DNA of 64,000 nucleotides from a virus. This document shows positions 25,232-34,945 of the stretch, piece by piece. The notes below the pieces were generated by a model. It saw only the letters and a program-made list of their open reading frames with translations. It did not search any database and was not told the DNA's origin. The translations under genes were made by a program, and so were the position numbers. The DNA lies in the IMG/VR virus record IMGVR_UViG_3300005435_000020, positions 1 to 64,000 of that record, one strand, 5' to 3'. Position 1 is the stretch's first letter; every line of letters starts with the position of its first letter.

Positions 25232-26619
25232 GTAGGGACGGCTTCGAGGCGCAATTCATAGCGATGCTCCTCGATGAGCCTTCGCTGATCAGGCTTGCTT
25301 CCGTGGAGCCTGACGATTTTGCCGACACACTCCACGCAAACGTCTATAAACTCCTGCGTGGCATGAAAGTTGACGTCACACCTGTGACGGTACATTCCGA
25401 GTTGGAGCAATGCGGATTCGGCACAGCCATCCCCTACGTGGAGAGCCTGTATGACTTGGTGCCTGATGACGTCAGCATCGAGGCGCTGAAGACGAGGGCT
25501 GCGAAGCTGAGGGAGAACCACATCCGAAGGGACACCTCCAAGAGGCTCCAGGAGCACTTGAAGCGCCTCCAGGACCCCTCCCTGGACCTCTCGAAGCAGA
25601 TCAGCGATGTGTCGGAAGTACTCACCGACGCAGGCAGGGGATTACTCGGGGAAGACAGCCCCACGGCAGATGCGATTATCCAGAGGGCTCATGCACAGAC
25701 GCAGGGTATTCGCTTCGCGTCTGGCCTCTCGGGAGTAGACGCCGCCTTGACTGCCCACGGTATGAGGCAAGGCCACGTCTGGGTCATCGTGGCACCCTAC
25801 AAGGGATTCAAGACAGGCACTGCCCTCAATATCGTGGATACGCTTTTACAAGATAACAGAAGCGTCAGCTACGTTGCCTTGGAGGATAATGATATTGCCT
25901 TCACAGAAGTCCTGACGGCGGCGCATAGCGGTGTGCCCCTCGAAATCATCGAGGATTGGCATGTGGACAAGATCACGCCTCCACCCATCTACACACAAGC
26001 ACTACAAGACGCAGAAGACTGGCTCTCCGTCACGGTGAAGGACAGATTCCGCGTCTACGATGCCTCGAAACACGCAGTCCATTCTTGGAAAGCCTTTCCC
26101 ACCCTTGTAGCCATAGATAAATCACTGTATAATACTGATGTGGTGGTTATCGACTATGTGCAGGCGTGGGCAGAGGAACACGAAGACCTGGCCCAGGTGG
26201 CGCAGATGTTGGTGAAGGTGGCGGCAGAGTATCAGGTCTGCCTCCTTGTGCTCAGCCAGATGCCCAACGATGCCATCAAGAATGGCGCTGGTCAGCACCT
26301 CGCCACGAAGGGCAGCGGCTCTTTGGGGCAGGCAACCCACGTCGGCATCGAGGTGAAATTCGACAAGGAGCAATGCTTCAGCAAGGTCACACCTGACATC
26401 TTGAAGGAGTTGGCGCAGCACAACGTCAAGCACTTTCTTTCGATGACGGGTGGCCCACCATTCCAAGGCAATCCTACACCTAGCGACATCATGGAAGTCG
26501 GCTACCACCTGAAAACCGTGAGGCGTGGGAAGATTAGCAAGATGTATTCGCTGATTGATCCCGTCTCTCAGAAGGTATTGTTACAGTCTTCCAAGCCTAC
26601 GTTTATGCCAGTCTTTTAG
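25228..26619 (+). CDS. DnaB-like replicative helicase
   Basis: N-terminal EAQFIAMLL..P...PDDF...H; P-loop variant APYKGFKT; VVVIDYVQ; LVLSQ. Confidence 0.82.
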   Translation: MSRDGFEAQFIAMLLDEPSLIRLASVEPDDFADTLHANVYKLLRGMKVDVTPVTVHSELEQCGFGTAIPYVESLYDLVPDDVSIEALKTRAAKLRENHIRRDTSKRLQEHLKRLQDPSLDLSKQISDVSEVLTDAGRGLLGEDSPTADAIIQRAHAQTQGIRFASGLSGVDAALTAHGMRQGHVWVIVAPYKGFKTGTALNIVDTLLQDNRSVSYVALEDNDIAFTEVLTAAHSGVPLEIIEDWHVDKITPPPIYTQALQDAEDWLSVTVKDRFRVYDASKHAVHSWKAFPTLVAIDKSLYNTDVVVIDYVQAWAEEHEDLAQVAQMLVKVAAEYQVCLLVLSQMPNDAIKNGAGQHLATKGSGSLGQATHVGIEVKFDKEQCFSKVTPDILKELAQHNVKHFLSMTGGPPFQGNPTPSDIMEVGYHLKTVRRGKISKMYSLIDPVSQKVLLQSSKPTFMPVF

Positions 26620-26628
26620 GGGGAACCA

Positions 26629-27129
26629 ATGCGTTGTACTGAAACACCCCAAAAATCAGGGAGGTTTCTCAAGTACCCTAGCCTCATCGAAAGGTTCCGT
26701 AGCGAGGATGCTAGCATCGTGGCGGCACACGACGATGCCGTGGTATATAGCGATGGTTTTGTCCTTCCAGACCCATTGAAGACACACGAAAGCGACATCA
26801 AGAACACGGATGGGATGCAAGACATCCTTCGCCTCGCCTTACTCGCCGCAAACACAGGGAAAGCGAAGACCCTGAGGGAGGCCATCGTGGTGGCATTCCA
26901 TCAGAAATACCTCGAAGTGTGCAGGGACCACGGGGAGACGCCATCGTGTCCCCCGCAGTATCGCCTCCCGAATAGGCAGGCTGCCAGGGTCAACGCGAGG
27001 AGGCGCATCAAACGTCTCCTCGGCAAGGGCCTGACACTAGAGAACATCGCAGAGAAACTTTGTCTCACCGTGGATGGTGTGAAGGATATTGGATGTACCG
27101 ATAAGCGGTATCGTAGTTGGAGACTTTAG
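26629..27129 (+). CDS. Hypothetical protein with C-terminal HTH
   Basis: KGLTLENIAEKLCLTVDGV. Confidence 0.65.
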   Translation: MRCTETPQKSGRFLKYPSLIERFRSEDASIVAAHDDAVVYSDGFVLPDPLKTHESDIKNTDGMQDILRLALLAANTGKAKTLREAIVVAFHQKYLEVCRDHGETPSCPPQYRLPNRQAARVNARRRIKRLLGKGLTLENIAEKLCLTVDGVKDIGCTDKRYRSWRL

Positions 27130-27130
27130 C

Positions 27131-29044
27131 TTGACTTTCCTTTCGACAGACGACGCTACATCATTCCCAGGGGATGAGCTACAGAGGTTTATCTATTACC
27201 GCACCTATAGTCGCTACCGAGATGACCTCGGCAGACGGGAGCATTGGGAGGAAACCGTGGCGAGGGTCATGTCCTTCTTCCGAGAGATAGGCGGCACCAA
27301 TATACGAGACGATGAGTACGAGGAAATGGAAGAGGCTTTTCGTAGCCTCTCCGTAGTGCCTTCAATGAGACTGGTAAACTTCGCCGGACCCGCAGCGAGG
27401 CGTCAGAACCTGACGTGTTATAACTGCTCTGCCCTGCCTGTAGATTCCATTGATGCCTTTGGGGAAATAAGCTATCTCTTAGCACAAGGCGTGGGCGTAG
27501 GCTTCAGTGTGGAACACGACGCGATTGATAAGCTGCCAGTGGCGTCGGAAGAGCCGGGACTTGTGTTACCTGTTGTGGTGGTAGAAGACTCCTCGGAAGG
27601 GTGGTCAACGGCATTCAAGGAAGTGATTAGAGCAGCCTATAGGGGATGTCGTGTAGGCATTGATGTGACTGGCGTCAGGCCAGCGGGGTCACGTCTCGTG
27701 ATCAAAGGAGGTAGGAGTAGTGGTCCTGGTCCCCTCTTAGAGTTGTTTTCCTTCACACAAGATACCATAATCTCTGCATCTAAACAGCATCGGAAACTCA
27801 CAAGCCTGGAAGTCCACGATATTGCTTGCCGGATAGCGAGTGTGGTGGTGGTTGGTGGTGTGAGGCGCAGTGCCATGATCAGTCTCTCTGACCTTGACGA
27901 CGATGCCATGAGGTCTGCGAAAGACGGGACCTATTGGGAGATGGCTCCTTATCGGAGTATGTCAAATAATAGTTATATCCTGGACCACAAACCTTCTTGG
28001 GAGGAATTTTCGAGAGAGTGGGATTCCTTAGTTGCCAGTGGCACAGGAGAGAGAGGACTAGTAAATCGTTATGGGATGAGGAAGAACAAGCCATCTCGTA
28101 GGCAGGATGATATATTTTATGTCAACCCCTGCGGCGAGGCCATACTTCGGGCAGGAGGGCTCTGCAACCTATCCGAGTCTATCGTTAGGGAATATGACAC
28201 CGAGGAGTCCTTGACGAAGAAAATTCGGATAGCTGCAATGTTTGGCACACTCCAGTCAAGCCTGACATATTTCCCTTATGTCCGGGACATGTGGAGTAGA
28301 AATGCGGAAGAGGAGAGGCTTCTCGGGGTCAGTCTCACGGGGTGCAGGGATTCTCGATTACTCCAAGGCAACCCACAACTTCTTAGTCGCCTCAAAGAAA
28401 CTGCCATCCTAGCCAATCAAGAGTTTGCATCGAGACTTGGTATCAATCCCTCTGTTGCTGTCACATTAGTGAAGCCAAGCGGTACTGTCAGCCAGTTGGC
28501 AAACTGCTCTAGTGGTATTCACGCTAGGTGGTCACAGTACTACATCCGAAGGGTGAGAATATCGGCAAACGACAGTCTTGCAAAATTATTGAGAGCAGCC
28601 GGAGCCCCTATGAAGCCGGAAAACGGCGAGACTGAAGACAACGTATCGACGTGGGTAGTGTCCTTCCCCGTGAAGAGCCCCGAAGGTGCCCTGACACGGC
28701 ATGATGTGACCGCCAGGGATCAGGTTCTCTATGCCCTGAACATGCAGAGGTTCTACTCGGAGCATGGGGTATCTGTCACTGTAACCGTAGAAGACCACGA
28801 ATGGGCCGACGTCGGGAAACTCGTCTACGATAATCTGGAATACGTCACGGGTTTTTCTTTCCTTCCCAAGGATGGTGGACTGTATGAGCAAGCTCCTTAT
28901 GAAGAAATAGATAAAGAAACCTACGATAGACTGTCTGCCGAGTTTTCGCCTATTCCTTATAAGCATCTCACGTTGTTTGAAACCGAGGACACCACAGTGG
29001 GGCACAGGGAGTTGTCGTGTGTCGGCGGGAGCTGTGAGATATAA
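27131..29044 (+). CDS. nrdJ: Class II (AdoCbl-dependent) ribonucleotide reductase
   Basis: RTYSR..E.W.ET, YNC, GGVRRSA, NPCGE, LCNL, KPSGT, C-terminal CVGGSCEI; no beta subunit nearby. Confidence 0.9.
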   Translation: MTFLSTDDATSFPGDELQRFIYYRTYSRYRDDLGRREHWEETVARVMSFFREIGGTNIRDDEYEEMEEAFRSLSVVPSMRLVNFAGPAARRQNLTCYNCSALPVDSIDAFGEISYLLAQGVGVGFSVEHDAIDKLPVASEEPGLVLPVVVVEDSSEGWSTAFKEVIRAAYRGCRVGIDVTGVRPAGSRLVIKGGRSSGPGPLLELFSFTQDTIISASKQHRKLTSLEVHDIACRIASVVVVGGVRRSAMISLSDLDDDAMRSAKDGTYWEMAPYRSMSNNSYILDHKPSWEEFSREWDSLVASGTGERGLVNRYGMRKNKPSRRQDDIFYVNPCGEAILRAGGLCNLSESIVREYDTEESLTKKIRIAAMFGTLQSSLTYFPYVRDMWSRNAEEERLLGVSLTGCRDSRLLQGNPQLLSRLKETAILANQEFASRLGINPSVAVTLVKPSGTVSQLANCSSGIHARWSQYYIRRVRISANDSLAKLLRAAGAPMKPENGETEDNVSTWVVSFPVKSPEGALTRHDVTARDQVLYALNMQRFYSEHGVSVTVTVEDHEWADVGKLVYDNLEYVTGFSFLPKDGGLYEQAPYEEIDKETYDRLSAEFSPIPYKHLTLFETEDTTVGHRELSCVGGSCEI

Positions 29045-29959
29045 ATGCCGAGGTGTAGGCTTGATATCCAATCAGGACAGGTGTTTGGTGATCTCACAGT
29101 AACGCAGCCGTATGTGGTTGCTGGAAGGCATAGTAAGTCTCTATGCCAGTGTAGATGCGGGACAATCAAAGAGATTTCCAATTCCTGTCTAGTCAGCGGC
29201 AGAACAAAATCCTGTGGGTGCAGGAATATAGAGAACATTCATCGCAATATCCCAGATGTAGGCGAAGTGTTTGGGAACCTTACAGTAAAGGTGGGAGATG
29301 CAGGAAGGTATCGTAAACGTGTCTTGTCCTTATGTACCTGTGTCTGCGGCAACGATGTGCTTGCGAGGCTGGAGAGTCTTCGCAATAGCACAACCACGCA
29401 GTGTAGGCAATGCTCCTATCGCCAGAATGGTGAAAGGATAACAGGGACCAACCATCCTCAATACACGCATGGGATGACAGGCTCCTCGTTATATGCGATA
29501 TGGTCCAGCATGAAGAATCGCTGTTACAACCCGAGACAGGAACACTATGCCGACTACGGCGGCAGGGGAATTCGTATTCACCAGCCTTGGAGAGAATCGT
29601 TTGAGGCATTTTTAGGCGACGTTGGCTTGCCCCCTTCTCCTGCACACTCCCTCGATAGGATTGACCCAGACGGAAATTATGAGCCTGACAATGTGAGATG
29701 GTCTACTTGGGTTGAGCAAGCAAACAATAAACGTAGAACCAAAAGGGTTACCCTCCGTGGGGTCACCAAGCCCCTCGCGGAATGGTGTCGAGATTTAGGC
29801 GTCAACTACGGTACCGCGTGGTTCAGAATTTTTCGTGAAGGCTGGACCTCTCACGATGCCCTCCTGATGGGGTGGAACCGCCGCGAGTGGAGGAAAAACA
29901 AGCTGGCAGCTACTCAAAATATTTCCCAAGGCGATAGCCAAGATAGTAGACAAGTCTGA
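29045..29959 (+). CDS. Free-standing HNH homing-endonuclease-like protein
   Basis: Two CxCxCG repeats; HGM...W..MKNRC...YGGRGI...SLDRIDPDGNYEPDNVRW...QANN. Confidence 0.85.
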   Translation: MPRCRLDIQSGQVFGDLTVTQPYVVAGRHSKSLCQCRCGTIKEISNSCLVSGRTKSCGCRNIENIHRNIPDVGEVFGNLTVKVGDAGRYRKRVLSLCTCVCGNDVLARLESLRNSTTTQCRQCSYRQNGERITGTNHPQYTHGMTGSSLYAIWSSMKNRCYNPRQEHYADYGGRGIRIHQPWRESFEAFLGDVGLPPSPAHSLDRIDPDGNYEPDNVRWSTWVEQANNKRRTKRVTLRGVTKPLAEWCRDLGVNYGTAWFRIFREGWTSHDALLMGWNRREWRKNKLAATQNISQGDSQDSRQV

Positions 29960-29976
29960 TAGTGTTGTGGTATAAT
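29947..29976 (+). promoter_or_regulatory. Promoter
   Basis: TAGACA-18bp-TATAAT with TG extension. Confidence 0.6.
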
Positions 29977-30055
29977 CATTGTGAGGGTGTGGTGCTTTGC
30001 TTCTTGACATGAGTTTCCTCCACACCTTCCGTATATTTCTCGAAGGAGTACACAC

Positions 30056-30466
30056 TTGTTCAAGCGTCTCGTAGCCCCGTCGCTTTCCGTCGTGGCCCTC
30101 GCATCAGCACTGCTTCTCCCACTGCAAGCATTCGCCGACGGCGAGTGGTGCGAGGATGAGCCTGATATCGTGTCGGCTTCCGGTGTCCACACGGAGGTTG
30201 CCGTGAAGGTCCATGCGCCAGCTAGTCACATTGTCACTGACCTCAACATCTTCACGGAGGGTGGCGCATTTCTGCTGCCATCGCCTCTCGGTGCCTTCCC
30301 TCAGAAGAATGTCCTCATCGACGCTGGTCCTGCACACACCTTGCAGTATCGTGTGTTGGTGGTGGACCCCAAGGATCAAGGCGCAGAGGTTGTGGTGACG
30401 GCAAATGGTGTCGAGGTTGCCCACGGCACTGTCAATCACGAAGTCTCTGGATCACTGAGCAACTAA
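30056..30466 (+). CDS. Secreted protein (Sec signal peptide)
   Basis: MFKRL...ALLLPLQAFA|DG; AAGGAG RBS. Confidence 0.75.
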   Translation: MFKRLVAPSLSVVALASALLLPLQAFADGEWCEDEPDIVSASGVHTEVAVKVHAPASHIVTDLNIFTEGGAFLLPSPLGAFPQKNVLIDAGPAHTLQYRVLVVDPKDQGAEVVVTANGVEVAHGTVNHEVSGSLSN

Positions 30467-30478
30467 GGAGAAGAATTA

Positions 30479-30838
30479 TTGGAAGGCACAGAGCAACAAG
30501 CAGGAGGCCAGCCGGAGAGGACTGGCCCCAAGCCTGGAGAGTACATCAATAAGTTTGCCATCCTCGACGGGAAGAAGTACTCACCGGCTGGGTCAACACT
30601 TCTCGCAGACGACATCGGCATCCCTCTCCCTCCACACGATAACTGGGTGAGGACACTACTCTTCAAGACGCCTGGCGGCAAGTATTTCTTCCAGATGAGA
30701 CAGCCATACTTGGATGGTTTCATTCACGTTGTCGAGACATACCACGCCATGGCCTTCTATACTAACTATGCCGTCAATATCTATGTACCTTTCGAGAAGG
30801 CGTTTGATGGCATCCACTTGCTTGTAGAGGAAGCTTGA
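30479..30838 (+). CDS. Hypothetical protein
   Basis: AAGGAG RBS; TLLFKTPGGKYF motif. Confidence 0.7.
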   Translation: MEGTEQQAGGQPERTGPKPGEYINKFAILDGKKYSPAGSTLLADDIGIPLPPHDNWVRTLLFKTPGGKYFFQMRQPYLDGFIHVVETYHAMAFYTNYAVNIYVPFEKAFDGIHLLVEEA

Positions 30839-31125
30839 TAATGGACAGTTATTATACATCGAAGGCGGGGGCCATGGCCATTATACCTGAGCCCCCAGAC
30901 TTGGTGCTGACCCTACAGATTGAAGAGCAGAAATACCAGGCGCAATATGGCCTTTATGGGGAAACTGTCCTTGTCGAGAAGGGGGACAGCGAGGATAGCA
31001 AGGGCTTCATCACGATAAAGCTCCGTCACCACACCCTGCCCCTGGCCCTCAACCCAGGCAGGCGCTATATGGTCACGTTCCAAGATATTGGTGCCGACAA
31101 CTACAGGGAAAAGGAAACGGAGTAG
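30835..31125 (+). CDS. Hypothetical protein
   Basis: Coupled ORF. Confidence 0.65.
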   Translation: MIMDSYYTSKAGAMAIIPEPPDLVLTLQIEEQKYQAQYGLYGETVLVEKGDSEDSKGFITIKLRHHTLPLALNPGRRYMVTFQDIGADNYREKETE

Positions 31126-32198
31126 TGGTTGGTGTTGTCGCCATATTCGTGGCGCTGCTCATCCCCTGGTTCATGGCGTCACCCCCTAGCGTTGTCACGT
31201 CTGGTCATCTCCTCGATACTGGCGGTGACCAGGCGATGTCTCCCGATGGCACACATCTCGCCTACGATAAGGCTGACGAGAAGGGTGTCTACCATCTCTA
31301 CGTCGCTAGTAGTGACGGCTCCAACCCCGTCTGCATCTCCTGTGATGTGGCACCAAACCGCAACGTTTTCTCTTCCGTGTGGACACCAGATGGCAAGCTC
31401 CTTCTTGTGAGGCGTGAGGATGATAGCTCCTTCTTCGGCTGGTTAGGTTGGAATGGCCAAGGTTGGGTGAGTGAGTTGGAGGAAAATGGTGTCTGGTGTG
31501 ATCTGTATGCCGTCACACCAGAGGGCAAGACGTGGACAAAGCTCCTTGGCATCGACACGACAGCCCCAACGGATGGGCTCATGCAGGTCCACCTATCTCC
31601 AGACGGCACACACGTCGTCTGGTCAAAGCTGACGGAGACTGCCGGTACCAATAACAATCCTTGGGGCACCTATAAGATCATGGAGGCAGACTTCACGCAG
31701 TCCCCTCCCTCGATTTCCAACACACGAGATATCACGCCGAAGATGCCAGGGCATTTCTTCGAGGCACACGGCTTCTCGCCGGATGGGAGTAAACTCCTCT
31801 TTGCATCGGATAGTGGCGCAGCCTTCCAATGGAACATGAACATATTTTCGTTGGACCTGTCGTCGGGAGTGGCGACGAAGTTGACGTCTGGACTCGGCTG
31901 GTATGAACACGCCTACTATACACCTTCGGGAAACCGCATCACGTATATGTCGAGTGACGGCTCCTACGAGATGTATGAGACGGAAGTATGGTCCATGAAC
32001 CCAGACGGAAGCGATAAGCAGCAGGTAACCCATTTCAATACTCCAGGCTATGCGGAATACGCACAGCAAGTGGTGATGGCTGGTGTCCCTAGCTTCAGCG
32101 CAGATGGCACCCAGATGATTGTTGGCCTCCAACTGAAGGCTTCGTATCCACAACGCCAGATGTGGTTGCTCCAATGCAACGGAAAGTGTATTCCCTGA
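31125..32198 (+). CDS. TolB-like (PD40) beta-propeller, N-terminally anchored or exported
   Basis: Repeats SPDG, WTPDG, LSPDG, FSPDG, YTPSG, FSADG; hydrophobic N-terminus. Confidence 0.85.
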   Translation: MVGVVAIFVALLIPWFMASPPSVVTSGHLLDTGGDQAMSPDGTHLAYDKADEKGVYHLYVASSDGSNPVCISCDVAPNRNVFSSVWTPDGKLLLVRREDDSSFFGWLGWNGQGWVSELEENGVWCDLYAVTPEGKTWTKLLGIDTTAPTDGLMQVHLSPDGTHVVWSKLTETAGTNNNPWGTYKIMEADFTQSPPSISNTRDITPKMPGHFFEAHGFSPDGSKLLFASDSGAAFQWNMNIFSLDLSSGVATKLTSGLGWYEHAYYTPSGNRITYMSSDGSYEMYETEVWSMNPDGSDKQQVTHFNTPGYAEYAQQVVMAGVPSFSADGTQMIVGLQLKASYPQRQMWLLQCNGKCIP

Positions 32199-32377
32199 TG
32201 GAAGACATAACTAGCGAGTACTTGAAACTACAAGATAAGATACTGGACATCGCCAATGATATTGCCAATCTCGGAGACAAGTATCTAGAGCTTGGTAAGA
32301 TGGCTTGGCAGTTGGGACAGAAGCTGCGAGGGTATCAATCGCCAGTTGTTGTGCCGGAAGAAGACGTGGAGCAGTGA
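32198..32377 (+). CDS. Small coiled-coil protein
   Basis: TGATG coupling; heptad pattern. Confidence 0.6.
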   Translation: MEDITSEYLKLQDKILDIANDIANLGDKYLELGKMAWQLGQKLRGYQSPVVVPEEDVEQ

Positions 32378-32925
32378 AGAGACTACTTGATACCCTGCTC
32401 CTTGTCGATATTGAAAGCACCTGCTGGGAGGATGGTCCTCCTCCTGGTCAAGAGAGTGAGATCATTGAGGTTGGTGTGGCGACACTTGATATACAATCTC
32501 ACGCTGTCGCGTCTCATCCTGGCTATTTCGTGAGGCCACTTGTTTCGCGTGTGTCTCAGTTTTGCACAGACCTCACGACGCTGACACAACACGACGTAGA
32601 GAATGGTTGCGACTTCCAGTCCATACTCGATATACTCAAACAAGAGTACAAGAGTGATGAGAGGGTGTGGGTTAGTTACGGAGACTACGACAAGATTATG
32701 TTTGAGAAGCAATGTAGTCGTCTTGGTCTTATCTATCCGTTTGGTAGCCGACACCTCAATGTCAAGACACTCTTCGCATTGAAGATGGGACTGACGAAGG
32801 AAATAGGGATGGCGGCAGCCTTGACCCTCCTAGGCTTGAGACTGGAAGGCACACATCACCGGGGCGGCGATGATGCCTATAACATCGCCAAGATCATGAA
32901 GTATTGCTTGTGGGGCGAAGTATGA
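32374..32925 (+). CDS. DEDDh 3'-5' exonuclease (ERI-1/KapD-like)
   Basis: VDIESTCW, EIIEVG, YGDYD, HHRGGDDA. Confidence 0.88.
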   Translation: MKRLLDTLLLVDIESTCWEDGPPPGQESEIIEVGVATLDIQSHAVASHPGYFVRPLVSRVSQFCTDLTTLTQHDVENGCDFQSILDILKQEYKSDERVWVSYGDYDKIMFEKQCSRLGLIYPFGSRHLNVKTLFALKMGLTKEIGMAAALTLLGLRLEGTHHRGGDDAYNIAKIMKYCLWGEV

Positions 32926-33335
32926 TCAAGAAGATATCGGGAAGTATCTACAATCCGTATTATTATGATGACGATGGTGTGGATGTCGAGGAGGGTGGCG
33001 TCTTTATCAATGGCATACAACTAGCCGAATCCTTAGTAGAAAACTTCCAAGGCAAGATGGTCTATGCGAGGCTTGCCTATGCGAAGACGCCTATTTCTGA
33101 TGAGTTGTTTTTGGAGATAGCAGACCAGCTTGAGGGTATTTTCGAGGGACACTCGGAGTACCATAGGGGTTACAGCGAGTATACCCCAGGTTACTATGAT
33201 GAATATGGTAATATTGGAGGTCACAAATTACTTGACGTGATGGCATCATATGAAGGGGATTACGTTTATCTCCTTATTGCCGATGAGCCCATCCCTGACC
33301 TTGCAGAAGCACTAAGTAAAGCAGAAAGTTTATAA
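32922..33335 (+). CDS. Acidic hypothetical protein
   Basis: ATGA coupling. Confidence 0.65.
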   Translation: MIKKISGSIYNPYYYDDDGVDVEEGGVFINGIQLAESLVENFQGKMVYARLAYAKTPISDELFLEIADQLEGIFEGHSEYHRGYSEYTPGYYDEYGNIGGHKLLDVMASYEGDYVYLLIADEPIPDLAEALSKAESL

Positions 33336-33682
33336 TGAATAGGCGTCGTTTCTTCGTAGCTGCCGCATCTACTCTCGCAGGGCTGGCTGCTTTGGCTCTG
33401 TATAAATCGCAGCCTGCCGTAGAGACTTTTGTGTTTGACGCTACTGACATGTGCATAAACTTCGGTAAGAAAGACTACCTCTTTACTTATTATAGCCATG
33501 GTAAAAAAGTATTCAGTGGGTGGAATAGCAGCATACAGTCCATCACATCACAGTCGGGTGGTCCTCTAGGATTTGAACACACGATGGAGCTAAGGGATGG
33601 TAGAAAGATCACGGGATATTCTTATGCTTTCCATCCTATATTCAACACATCGGTTTGGGAACACGTAAGCATGGAGGTATAG
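33335..33682 (+). CDS. Twin-arginine (Tat) signal protein 1
   Basis: MNRRRFF + hydrophobic h-region. Confidence 0.72.
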   Translation: MNRRRFFVAAASTLAGLAALALYKSQPAVETFVFDATDMCINFGKKDYLFTYYSHGKKVFSGWNSSIQSITSQSGGPLGFEHTMELRDGRKITGYSYAFHPIFNTSVWEHVSMEV

Positions 33683-34203
33683 TGAATAGGCGTCGTTTCT
33701 TTGGAAAGAGTTTGGCAGCAACGGCTGGAGTCGCCGCTGCGTCGTTTCTTTTGACGGGTAGCAAGTCTTCTCAGAAGGAGAAGCACATCGTCTATGATAT
33801 GGTCTATTATTTTCAAGGCAAGGATAGTCTGAAGGGCCTGTATCATATACTAACGGAAGGCCAGACCCATTATGCGGTTCCCATCAAGGCTATTGTCTCT
33901 CACACCTTCCGAAGAATTGAAGATGGTAGGCGGGAGTTTACTTGGACACTGAGTAATGGCCTTGTGGTTGTGGCCCACCCTTCTGGCAAAATGAACCAGG
34001 GCATGACACTCTTCAAGTGTGTCTATGGATGCAGTATCCGCAGTTATGTAGACGGTAGCCAGATATTCTCGTCTCCTGATCCGAAAGCACTGGATAAGTG
34101 GCCTGTGACGTGGGTAGCTTCCCACTTGGATGATGTCTTCACTGCCGAGTATCCCGTGATCCCTGTACCTGACGAGAAGAGCATTCTCACTTGGCTATCG
34201 TAG
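33682..34203 (+). CDS. Twin-arginine (Tat) signal protein 2
   Basis: GGAGG RBS, GTG 33682; NRRRFF + h-region. Confidence 0.72.
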   Translation: MNRRRFFGKSLAATAGVAAASFLLTGSKSSQKEKHIVYDMVYYFQGKDSLKGLYHILTEGQTHYAVPIKAIVSHTFRRIEDGRREFTWTLSNGLVVVAHPSGKMNQGMTLFKCVYGCSIRSYVDGSQIFSSPDPKALDKWPVTWVASHLDDVFTAEYPVIPVPDEKSILTWLS

Positions 34204-34943
34204 GTGTGATCCCTGCGGCGGGGCAAGGAAGCCGCCTCCATCCCTACCCAGGACCCAAGGAGATGCTTCCCATTGGCCTCACGGAGTGGCCTGGCGGGAA
34301 GCTTGCACCCAAGCCCATCGCTGAGTACACCGTCGAGAGGATGGTGGATGCTGGGGCCGAGACTATCTACTTCGTGGTGTCGGAGAGGAAGTCTGCCCTC
34401 CTCGAATACTTCGGAGATGGCACCCGATTCGGCGTGAACATCGCCTATCTCTATCAAGAGAAGGATAGGCAAGGTACTGCCCAAGCCGTCATTACTGCAT
34501 ATCCTTGGATCAAAGGAGACGCGGTACTCTACGGGATGCCTGATACGCTAGTGAAGCCTGATGACGTTTTCATCAAGCTACTAAAGCATCACAAGAGGCT
34601 TGCCACCAACTTGTCCCTCGGCGTCTTTCGTGTGCAGGACCCCAGCCAGTATGGCGTGGTCCATCTTGATCCTGCCGACTTGAACCGTGTGCTCCTCCAC
34701 GAGAATAAGCCCCAGTACCTGACGGGACCGGCTACCATCTGGGGAGTGGCTTGCTGGGATAGTGCCTTCACTCAGCTACTGTATGATCACAGGATAGCAT
34801 TGGGTGTGTTGGATATCGGGGACATCTTCGACATAGCCATCAACTATTATAGAGTTTTTGGACACGTCTTCGAGGATGGCGTGTACATAGACACCGGCAC
34901 CGCAGACGGCATCGGCAAGGCTCTCGATTACGTGAGGATATAG
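34191..34943 (+). CDS. Sugar-phosphate nucleotidyltransferase (RmlA-like)
   Basis: GVIPAAGQGSRL.P...PKEMLP; YLYQ...GTAQA; YGVV; ENKP; DTGT. Confidence 0.88.
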   Translation: MAIVGVIPAAGQGSRLHPYPGPKEMLPIGLTEWPGGKLAPKPIAEYTVERMVDAGAETIYFVVSERKSALLEYFGDGTRFGVNIAYLYQEKDRQGTAQAVITAYPWIKGDAVLYGMPDTLVKPDDVFIKLLKHHKRLATNLSLGVFRVQDPSQYGVVHLDPADLNRVLLHENKPQYLTGPATIWGVACWDSAFTQLLYDHRIALGVLDIGDIFDIAINYYRVFGHVFEDGVYIDTGTADGIGKALDYVRI

Positions 34944-34945
34944 GA

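Noticed and set aside
27131-29959. Group I intron or intein in nrdJ
   Set aside because: RNR frame is continuous, of normal length, and ends before the HNH gene
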